29,948 nucleotides of DNA from a virus (Duplodnaviria; Caudoviricetes), in the IMG/VR virus record IMGVR_UViG_3300050162_000126, positions 1 to 29,948 of that record; one strand, written 5' to 3'. Position numbers and translations under genes: made by a program. Under the pieces are notes generated by a model. That model was given only the letters and a program-made list of their open reading frames with translations, was not told the origin of the DNA and searched no databases. Shown piece by piece: positions 1-5,974 of the stretch (position 1 is the first letter of the stretch; each line of letters begins with the position of its first letter).

Positions 1-2
1 AA

Positions 3-392
3 ACACCGGAGCCGCAAGCCTCGATTGATGTGTCAGCAGAAACAGCCATAGCAAAGTTGCTTGACGGCGAGGGCACCGGCGGCTTTCTCACCCTGACACG
101 TGGGACAGCGGCGGCCCTGACAGCCCTGAAGCTGGACCCTGACCGCCTAATCCTTGTCGGATTCGATGAAGTCCGCGCTGGCCAGCTTTCGCAGGAACCC
201 TATTCCGAATCCTGTTTCGATTATATGGAACAGCGCTTGGATTGTCGGGATATCCGAAATGATATGCGGCAACGTGCCCCCGGCCAGACCAAGACCAAGG
301 GCCATGACATCCGGGTCGAAATGGCCGTCATCGAAGCTGTGGCCCGCGTTCGCGGTGTCCAGGTTCTTCATGCCCAGGAGGCTTACGAATGA
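3..392 (+). CDS. Hypothetical phage protein, probably 5'-partial
   Basis: The frame of ORF 30..392 stays open to the window edge (TPEPQASID-VSAE...). Its stop overlaps the next start (ATGA at 389-392). Confidence 0.7.
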   Translation, partial: TPEPQASIDVSAETAIAKLLDGEGTGGFLTLTRGTAAALTALKLDPDRLILVGFDEVRAGQLSQEPYSESCFDYMEQRLDCRDIRNDMRQRAPGQTKTKGHDIRVEMAVIEAVARVRGVQVLHAQEAYE

Positions 393-571
393 AAGTCCGC
401 TGCATAAATAACGATGATGTCATTGACAATAAAAATCGTTTCTTGCTCACCGTCGGTAATGATTACGAAGTTACAGACGAGACGCCAAAATATTACTATG
501 TCACGAATGATGCCGGTGAAAAGAACTCCGGTTATTGGCGCTGGCGGTTTAAAGAGGTGGTCGATATTTGA
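389..571 (+). CDS. Small hypothetical protein (60 aa, beta-rich, possibly SH3-like)
   Basis: ATGA overlap with the upstream gene and GGAGG SD at ~377-381. MKVRCI...LTVGNDYEV...YYVTNDAG...RF is a pattern common in small phage proteins. AT-richer than its neighbours. Confidence 0.75.
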   Translation: MKVRCINNDDVIDNKNRFLLTVGNDYEVTDETPKYYYVTNDAGEKNSGYWRWRFKEVVDI

Positions 572-572
572 C

Positions 573-1010
573 ATGCCAATCAAACCTGAAAACAAAGAGC
601 TTTATCCGCGTGAATGGCGGGCGATTGCGGCGGAGGTCCGGGAGCGCGAAGGCAACGCCTGCAAAGTCTGCCGTGTTCCGAATGGAAAATTCATTCTGCG
701 TAGCCGTGATCGTAAAACATATTCGACTGGCGATTGTGAGTTTTATGATGCTGAAACCGGCGAATATCTCGGATGCACAAATATGCCTGATAATGGCGAA
801 GGCGACAGGGCAATCAAGATCGTCTTGACCGTGGCCCACCTAAACCATGACACCACGGACAATGGAAAGCCCGGCAATCGGCCGAACCTGGCCGCCCTAT
901 GCCAGATGCACCACCTCCGCCATGATCAAGCCCACCACCAGAAGAACGCCGCCGCTACACGGGACCGGAAGCGCGCCGAAGCATCTGGCATGGGCGATCT
1001 GTTCACCTGA
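573..1010 (+). CDS. HNH endonuclease-like Zn-binding protein
   Basis: Start ATG 573 (MPIKPEN). CKVC, then LTVAHLNH...NLAALCQMHHLRHD, an HNH/Zn-finger pattern. Confidence 0.85.
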   Translation: MPIKPENKELYPREWRAIAAEVREREGNACKVCRVPNGKFILRSRDRKTYSTGDCEFYDAETGEYLGCTNMPDNGEGDRAIKIVLTVAHLNHDTTDNGKPGNRPNLAALCQMHHLRHDQAHHQKNAAATRDRKRAEASGMGDLFT

Positions 1011-1043
1011 TCTTTATCCCATTTTTATTTTACCTGTGGACTG

Positions 1044-1085
1044 TGCAAATTGAGATTTGCATTGTTCGCGGGAATCGGCTTTTGT
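1044..1085 (+). promoter_or_regulatory. Palindromic operator TGCAA-N8-TTGCA overlapping the putative -35 (TTGCAT) of the replication operon promoter
   Basis: TGCAAATTGAGATTTGCA at 1044-1061; the same motif recurs at 3385, 5671 and 5702. The -10 (TTTTGT at 1080-1085, 17 nt spacer) is weak. Confidence 0.6.
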
Positions 1086-1095
1086 GTGGCCGTTA

Positions 1096-1214
1096 GCGCC
1101 CTGAGAAGCGCGATGCATGGCCCTGGATTATCCCCCTAGCGAGATCATCGGAGCCTTTAACAGTTGTAAGACCATGCGGCAATTCTCAGCCGATGGTCTC
1201 ACTTGGGGAATAAT
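1096..1214 (+). promoter_or_regulatory. Structured RNA leader of the replication operon (alternative stems, complementary loops)
   Basis: Hairpin 1096-1111 (loop CCTGAGAA), hairpin 1169-1199 (loop AATTCTCA), and a competing stem 1127-1151/1190-1214 with 22 of 25 positions paired. Confidence 0.6.
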
Positions 1215-1249
1215 TGCGCCTGCAATTTTCATTTAAAGGGGAGTGCCTT

Positions 1250-1516
1250 TTGGGCAATTTGACAATAATAAAAAACCCTAACAAGCCTATTTTGATTGAT
1301 AGAAGTGCAGTTAATGACCCGCACTTAAAATACATCGAACTAGCTGTTTACGTTTATCTCCTATCTCTCCCCGATGGCGCTGAACTAAAAATATCTGAAA
1401 TTGAAGATAGGTTCTTCCCGTCTGGGAGGTCACTTTTACACGCACTCACAACCTTAAGCCGCCACGGATATATCACATACAATGGCCCCACCGGACAGGG
1501 TGACCATGATGATTGA
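1250..1516 (+). CDS. Winged-HTH DNA-binding protein resembling the N-terminal domain of phage replication initiators
   Basis: LAVYVYLLSLPDG...SLLHALTTLSRHGYI wHTH pattern. TTG start at 1250 after GGGGAG (alternative TTG 1214). Low GC. Confidence 0.7.
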   Translation: MGNLTIIKNPNKPILIDRSAVNDPHLKYIELAVYVYLLSLPDGAELKISEIEDRFFPSGRSLLHALTTLSRHGYITYNGPTGQGDHDD

Positions 1517-2402
1517 TCGTGAAGTAGAGTGGATTTCATATCCGGCGGACCTGTATTTTTCCAAAGACTTAAGCTTTCAGGAAAAGGCGTTTTTGATCGA
1601 GTTCAAGAGCTTGGCGAAGCGTGAGCCGTGGCGCGGCTGTTGGGCGCAAAACCGGCATTTCGCGGATCAGTTCGACCTATCCCTATCGCGCGTTTCAGAG
1701 GTCATAAACGGCCTTGTGTCGCGTGGCCTTGTGTCCGTCCAGATGCTCCGCGAGGGCAAGCAAATCGTTGAGCGCCGCATATTCCTGACTGACCTAGCGC
1801 TTGCGTTTTGGACCGGCGTACCCCCTTCGGAAAAGGCGGGGAACCCCCACGGGATTGGCGATGAACCCCCTTCGGAAAAGGCGATGGATAATAGTACCAA
1901 AGCTAATAATACCAGTGAAGAAAAGAATATGATCGAATCCGATCTTTTCGCCAATGTTCCAGAACCGATCAAACTTCCGGTTCCTCACCAGACGGCGACG
2001 GAAACAACGGCGACTGAATTTCAAGCCTTCTGGAAGGCCTATCCCCGGAAGACCGGCAAGGACACCGCATCGAAGGCGTTCATCAAGGCCAGACGCACCG
2101 CGACGGCGGAGGCGATCATGCAATCCCTTGCCATCCAGTGCGAGGTTTGGGCAATGCGCCAAACTGAGTTACAATTCACCCCACATGCCGCAACATGGTT
2201 GAATCAATCCCGTTTCAATGACGATCTGACAGGAGAGTTATCCGATGCCTCAAGACCTATTGCCCGGCCCGGCAGACAAGGGCCAACCGACGCGCTTAGA
2301 AGCTTTGCCGAAGCCGCTGTCTCGGTATCTCACGGGTTTCGAGAACGCGACACAGGCCTTGGAGACTTTGAAGACGGACCCCCAGGCTATCCGGATTATT
2401 GA
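1506..2402 (+). CDS. Phage replication initiator (replisome organiser; N-terminal wHTH)
   Basis: DLSFQEK...CWAQNRHFA...LSRVSEVINGLVSRGLV wHTH; C-terminal FWKAYPRKTGK...PHAATWLNQSRF typical of phage initiators; iterons inside the gene. Confidence 0.88.
   Translation: MMIDREVEWISYPADLYFSKDLSFQEKAFLIEFKSLAKREPWRGCWAQNRHFADQFDLSLSRVSEVINGLVSRGLVSVQMLREGKQIVERRIFLTDLALAFWTGVPPSEKAGNPHGIGDEPPSEKAMDNSTKANNTSEEKNMIESDLFANVPEPIKLPVPHQTATETTATEFQAFWKAYPRKTGKDTASKAFIKARRTATAEAIMQSLAIQCEVWAMRQTELQFTPHAATWLNQSRFNDDLTGELSDASRPIARPGRQGPTDALRSFAEAAVSVSHGFRERDTGLGDFEDGPPGYPDY
1820..1914. repeat. Iterons plus AT-rich repeats: putative replication origin inside the initiator gene
   Basis: ACCCCCTTCGGAAAAGGCG at 1820-1838 and 1865-1883, degenerate copy ACCCCCACGGGATTGGCG at 1843-1860, then TAATAGTACCA (1889-1899) and TAATAATACCA (1904-1914). 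Same layout as lambda ori inside gene O. Confidence 0.75.
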
Positions 2403-2889
2403 GGCGGCGCAGGCGGCGCTTCCAAGCCTCCAGCGCGCCCAAACCGCTGGCGGCCGCGACGTGGTTGTCGAGGTGCTGTCCCTGATCGCCATAGACCGCC
2501 CCGTGAAGGACAAGACCAAGGAACATTGGGCGGAACATATCCGGCTGTACACCGAAACTCTTGGTGACTTCCCGGCGGATGCGATCAGGGCCGGCGCCAA
2601 GGATGTGATCAGGGACGCGGAAATATACGGCTTCCCGAACGTGGCGCAGTTGCTGGCGAAGGTTGCGCCCCATGCCCAGAAGATCAGGATGGCGGCCTAT
2701 CGCGCCAAGGTGCTGGCGGAAGCCGAGGCGAGGGAAAAGCCGTCCGAGGTCACAGACGAAGACCGTGCCATGATGCTGGCGGAAATCGCAGACCTGAAGC
2801 GCAAACTGCCACGGCCTCCGGTTCCTACAGCTTCACAGATCAGGGCAGAATATGAAGCCAAGCATGGGATCGACAATGGTGCGGAATAG
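2245..2889 (+). CDS. Putative helicase loader (lambda P / SPP1 G39P position)
   Basis: Directly follows the initiator; AGGAG SD at ~2232-2236; Y..TLGDFPADAI..G....FPNVAQL resembles phage helicase loaders. Overlaps the initiator by 158 nt. Confidence 0.6.
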   Translation: MPQDLLPGPADKGQPTRLEALPKPLSRYLTGFENATQALETLKTDPQAIRIIEAAQAALPSLQRAQTAGGRDVVVEVLSLIAIDRPVKDKTKEHWAEHIRLYTETLGDFPADAIRAGAKDVIRDAEIYGFPNVAQLLAKVAPHAQKIRMAAYRAKVLAEAEAREKPSEVTDEDRAMMLAEIADLKRKLPRPPVPTASQIRAEYEAKHGIDNGAE

Positions 2890-3037
2890 CTCTTTCCAGA
2901 AGATGCTTTTGGCCACACCGGACCATGCTTCTGTTTTTGACCGGATGCGGGCGCTACAGGCCTCCGGGAAGGGCATAACGCACATCGCCCGTATCATGTG
3001 CTTGTCGCGTCCAGACGTGCGGAAATACCTGTCGTAA
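2876..3037 (+). CDS. Small HTH protein
   Basis: MRALQASGKGITHIARIMCLSRPDVRKYL is a classic helix-turn-helix; TAATG coupling to the next gene. Confidence 0.7.
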   Translation: MVRNSSFQKMLLATPDHASVFDRMRALQASGKGITHIARIMCLSRPDVRKYLS

Positions 3038-3216
3038 TGGATCTATCGCCAGAAGACATCGATCGGGAGGTCAAGGGCTGGCATCGCCGGATATTCGAGA
3101 CGCCTGACAGAGGGCGCACAATGGCCGCCGGCGGGATCGAATTGCTGGAACAGGCGTGGCGGTTTGAAAACCTTCGGCCGCTGGTCGAACAAATCCGTTC
3201 GCACTTTCGGAAATAG
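3037..3216 (+). CDS. Hypothetical protein (59 aa)
   Basis: TAATG translational coupling at 3035-3039; MDLSPEDIDRE... Confidence 0.65.
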   Translation: MDLSPEDIDREVKGWHRRIFETPDRGRTMAAGGIELLEQAWRFENLRPLVEQIRSHFRK

Positions 3217-3222
3217 CGCATC

Positions 3223-3251
3223 TTGACGCCCGCGCCATCCTAAGATAATTT
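3223..3251 (+). promoter_or_regulatory. Sigma70-type promoter
   Basis: TTGACG (3223-3228), 17 nt spacer, TAATTT (3246-3251). Confidence 0.65.
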
Positions 3252-3257
3252 CACGCC

Positions 3258-3383
3258 ATAACCCCCGGAAGGGGCGGAACAAGCCGCCCCACAAAATGTC
3301 CTGATTAGAAGCCCGTTGAAAATATACGGTAACGAAACGGACCAGATCAGCCCGCCCAGGTTTCGGCCTTGGCGGGCTTTTTT
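3258..3383 (+). ncRNA. Putative small non-coding RNA (~125 nt) of unknown family
   Basis: Lies between a consensus-like promoter and a strong terminator. The only ATG gives a 2-codon ORF (3296-3304). Internal stems GGGGCGG/CCGCCCC, GTCC/GGAC and CCGT/ACGG. Confidence 0.5.
3349..3383 (+). terminator. Rho-independent terminator
   Basis: AGCCCGCCCAGG-TTTCGG-CCTTGGCGGGCT followed by a T run. Confidence 0.85.
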
Positions 3384-3384
3384 G

Positions 3385-3425
3385 TGCAAACTTTCGCTTG
3401 CGTAACCGTTTTCTCATGCTAGGTT
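3385..3425 (+). promoter_or_regulatory. Operator TGCAA-N8-TTGCG overlapping a promoter for the acidic peptide gene
   Basis: TGCAAACTTTCGCTTGCG at 3385-3402; -35 TTGCGT (3398-3403), 16 nt spacer, extended -10 TGcTAGGTT (3417-3425). Confidence 0.6.
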
Positions 3426-3470
3426 CAATCCGCCGGAACAATCCGGATTAACCGCAAACAGGAGGTCCAT

Positions 3471-3575
3471 ATGGAACCCGAAGAAACCACCGAAGTCCCA
3501 GCCGCTGAAACCACTTCCGAAACCGAAACGCCGGCATCCGAAGGCGAAGCGGCCGGCGACGAAGACGGCGAATAA
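3471..3575 (+). CDS. 34 aa hyper-acidic peptide MEPEETTEVPAAETTSETETPASEGEAAGDEDGE (absent from the ORF track)
   Basis: Near-perfect SD AGGAGGT (3460-3466) just upstream of ATG 3471, TAA at 3573-3575, own promoter and terminator; all 11 Glu codons are GAA. Confidence 0.75.
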   Translation: MEPEETTEVPAAETTSETETPASEGEAAGDEDGE

Positions 3576-3596
3576 CTTTCCAGCCCCAGTCATATG

Positions 3597-3629
3597 AAAA
3601 GCCCGCCGGTTCACACTGGCGGGCTTTTT
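3597..3629. terminator. Bidirectional Rho-independent terminator between convergent operons
   Basis: AAAA-GCCCGCCGG-TTCACA-CTGGCGGGC-TTTTT. Confidence 0.88.
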
Positions 3630-3630
3630 G

Positions 3631-3879
3631 CTATTTCGTTTGGACGATCACCACGCCATATCCCGGCTTCTTTTTGTCTTCCGGTGTGGTGAGGTCTTCA
3701 GCGGCGCGGTAATGAACCTCGCCAGTTTGTGCACTCTTGGCCTTGTTCCCGTATAGCACGGTTCGGCCATCGGGGGTCTGCCAATGATCGGGGCGCGGGC
3801 GGGCATCCATGACGGGCCTATAGCCTGCGATCCAATCCCAATCCCTGATACTGAAGTCAAAGGCCGGTTTCTTAATCAT
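3631..3879 (-). CDS. Hypothetical protein (82 aa)
   Basis: ATGA coupling with the upstream gene and a GAGGTGGGGG SD; ends at the terminator. Confidence 0.7.
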   Translation of the reverse strand: MIKKPAFDFSIRDWDWIAGYRPVMDARPRPDHWQTPDGRTVLYGNKAKSAQTGEVHYRAAEDLTTPEDKKKPGYGVVIVQTK

Positions 3880-4307
3880 ACCCCCACCTCATCGATATAG
3901 ACCAGCCTAGCGCGTACCAGATCCGATATGGCGTTGACCCTGATCATGATTTCATCCGGTTTGTACGGCGACATAAAGGCGCGGATTTCAAGCGCCATCT
4001 GTTCCAGATAATCATCATGCTCCGCTACGTCGAAGGGGCGGACGGCGCGCGGGAATATCGCGCCAGGCTTCGGATCATGCCAGAACTTGCCGTGCCTGAA
4101 ATAGAACATCGGGTGACGTGAGGCTGCGCGCTTGTGAACGTGGGCGGCACCGGATGCGAACCCGTCAAAGGCCAGGTCATCGCAACAATGATTAGCGAAC
4201 GCGCCTTCATTCATCTGGCCGGACATGAAACAGGCGTATCGGATCTCATGCCTGAAGTGGTCAGGCTTCCCCTGCATTTGCGAGGATAGGCTATCTTTCG
4301 GAATCAT
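3876..4307 (-). CDS. Hypothetical protein (143 aa)
   Basis: Start moved to ATG 4307 (MIPKDS), which overlaps the rusA stop (ATGA) and follows GAGGGG. Confidence 0.7.
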   Translation of the reverse strand: MIPKDSLSSQMQGKPDHFRHEIRYACFMSGQMNEGAFANHCCDDLAFDGFASGAAHVHKRAASRHPMFYFRHGKFWHDPKPGAIFPRAVRPFDVAEHDDYLEQMALEIRAFMSPYKPDEIMIRVNAISDLVRARLVYIDEVGV

Positions 4308-4717
4308 ATCAATGTCCCCTCTGCTTTGATGGGGGCGATCTTGACCACGGCGCGCGGATATATCGCCCATTTCTTTTCAACAAATAAAAATGCTACTTGC
4401 CGGTCATCAAGGTACGCGATGCCGTTTAGGCCGTCCAATATGGCCTTGGCCAGATTATCGATGTCTTTGACGTTGGTGGCGTATTGCCCGATCAGGCCGT
4501 CTATATCCCGCTTGCGCGTGGCGGACGGCACGGGGAACTCAAAAAGCAATTCAATGCCTACAGGGCCGGGAAGGGGCTTTACGCCACGATTTAGCGCCGC
4601 CTTCCGAACCTTCTTTTCATAATCAACTGTGGTCTTTGGTGTAATAGTCCGGTTGTTAAAAACGCGAGGCCTGGCCTTTGGGATCGGCATTCCTGAAATC
4701 ACAAACTCAATCATCAT
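4304..4717 (-). CDS. rusA: RusA-family Holliday junction resolvase
   Basis: PIPKARPR at the N-terminus and the DIDNLAKAILDGLNGIAYLDDRQV catalytic signature. Confidence 0.93.
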   Translation of the reverse strand: MMIEFVISGMPIPKARPRVFNNRTITPKTTVDYEKKVRKAALNRGVKPLPGPVGIELLFEFPVPSATRKRDIDGLIGQYATNVKDIDNLAKAILDGLNGIAYLDDRQVAFLFVEKKWAIYPRAVVKIAPIKAEGTLI

Positions 4718-4751
4718 CCGCCGTATCCCTATGTCAGGCCTCGCTTATCGT

Positions 4752-5381
4752 TTATTCGTCGTCGCCGTCTTCGTCACCATCGCCGCCGATCTTGGCCTTG
4801 AGGTCATCAAACAGCGGACCGGCCTTTTTCATACGTGAGGCGATTTCGTCATGGCCTTCGTTGACACCTTCGGCCCAGGCTTGGAAACAATCGGGCGGTA
4901 TACCGTCCGGCGGATCGCCAGCGAACGCGCCCTTGCCAGAAATAGCGGCGATCTTGCCCTTCTGTTTCCAGACGGCGCGGTCCCGCTCGATAATGGGAAG
5001 GCCCTGATATGGATCAACCGACATCGCCACCATAACGCTATCGTCCATCGTGATGCCCAGCATGGCAGACATTTGGATCAGTTCGCCGAGCAATTCAGCG
5101 GCACGGATCGGATCATTCAAATCAGCCAGACGGCGGGCATAATCATATTCGGCCAGGCCGGCGCCGTGGGTTTTGATCAGGTTGCGGGCGTTATTCAGGG
5201 TCTTTGTGGCCGCTTTGGACGCCGCGGCCTTTTCTTCGGCGGTGGCTTCCAGTTCCTTGATCTTCTGATCGACCCATCCGAATTTTTCCGGGTCTTTGAA
5301 GATCGGTAGATTACCGGCGGCGTTATGGCCTTCGGGTGGCGGTGAGTCGTTATCGACCACCTTTTGCAGTTTAGGCGCCAT
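4752..5381 (-). CDS. Distant GapR/DUF2312-like coiled-coil DNA-binding protein with a C-terminal RMF-like motif and acidic tail
   Basis: GHN motif, helical IKELE...IKTHG...RRL...MLG pattern paralleling GapR; G..AAISG...PP...W.EG..EG paralleling RMF; CAGGAG SD. The CDS is solid, the family call is tentative. Confidence 0.5.
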   Translation of the reverse strand: MAPKLQKVVDNDSPPPEGHNAAGNLPIFKDPEKFGWVDQKIKELEATAEEKAAASKAATKTLNNARNLIKTHGAGLAEYDYARRLADLNDPIRAAELLGELIQMSAMLGITMDDSVMVAMSVDPYQGLPIIERDRAVWKQKGKIAAISGKGAFAGDPPDGIPPDCFQAWAEGVNEGHDEIASRMKKAGPLFDDLKAKIGGDGDEDGDDE

Positions 5382-5407
5382 GGTGTTTCTCCTGTTTGGC
5401 GGTGGGG

Positions 5408-5650
5408 TTAAGCGGCTTCCGTCCTGGCTGCGGGAAGAAGGCCAAGGGCGGTTTGCAGTGACGCGATCTGGCCGGTCGCCAAATCTCGCAATGCGTCTTC
5501 AAAGGCGGTGATCTTGGCTTCCTGCGGATCGCGGCCTTCTTTCCAGCGGAACGGTGTCGACGGCGGCAAACCGGCGCGGTCCAGAATGTGGCGCATAGGA
5601 AGGCCGCTGATTTCCGCCGCCTTAAGGGCGTTGTCGGCGCGTTCGGACAT
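5408..5650 (-). CDS. Cro-like XRE HTH transcriptional regulator
   Basis: GLPMRHILDRAGLPPSTPFRWKEGRDP HTH; first gene of a divergent operon; GGAG SD. Confidence 0.82.
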   Translation of the reverse strand: MSERADNALKAAEISGLPMRHILDRAGLPPSTPFRWKEGRDPQEAKITAFEDALRDLATGQIASLQTALGLLPAARTEAA

Positions 5651-5670
5651 GCTGTTTTACTCCATAAATT

Positions 5671-5719
5671 CGCAAATAATGTATTGCACCGTTCCTTTAT
5701 ATGCAATATATCTTTTGCA
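5671..5719. promoter_or_regulatory. Overlapping divergent promoters with two palindromic operators
   Basis: Operators CGCAA-ATAATGTA-TTGCA (5671-5688) and TGCAA-TATATCTT-TTGCA (5702-5719). Leftward promoter TTGCAT-N17-TACATT (5706 to 5678); rightward TTGCAC-N17-TATATC (5684-5712). Confidence 0.75.
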
Positions 5720-5751
5720 GACAAGCCGCAAATTAACAGGAGACATGAATT

Positions 5752-5973
5752 ATGCAGCTCACGTTTAAGACCAGTTCCGAAGGCAATTACATCGTACAGG
5801 ATTGCGATGGAAAATTGCGCGTCCTTAAGATCGAAGTGGCCGATATCCTGCTGAACGATTGGCAGAGAATCGCCACCAGTGCAGAGGGGACTCTTGCTGT
5901 TACGGCAGATGCGATCGTAGACGGCCTCACCAATGCCTTGGTCGCCGCTGAACAAATCCGCATTGGCGCCTAA
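5752..5973 (+). CDS. Hypothetical protein (73 aa)
   Basis: AGGAGA SD; first gene of the recombination operon. Confidence 0.75.
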   Translation: MQLTFKTSSEGNYIVQDCDGKLRVLKIEVADILLNDWQRIATSAEGTLAVTADAIVDGLTNALVAAEQIRIGA

Positions 5974-5974
5974 C

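Noticed and set aside
1098-1145. TPP riboswitch-like words (CTGAGAA, CTGGATTAT, AGCG)
   Set aside because: Lacks the GGGUG/ACCC and ACCUGAU elements, and the context is replication; the loop-loop model explains CTGAGAA better.
3296-3345. Hammerhead-like words CTGATTAG...CGAAAC in the candidate sRNA
   Set aside because: The core is CUGAUUA rather than CUGANGA, there is no stem I between GTC and CTGA, and no properly placed stem III cleavage triplet.
3263-3448. Several GGA motifs suggesting a CsrA/RsmA sponge
   Set aside because: Most are not ANGGA in hairpin loops, and the likely alphaproteobacterial host generally lacks CsrA.
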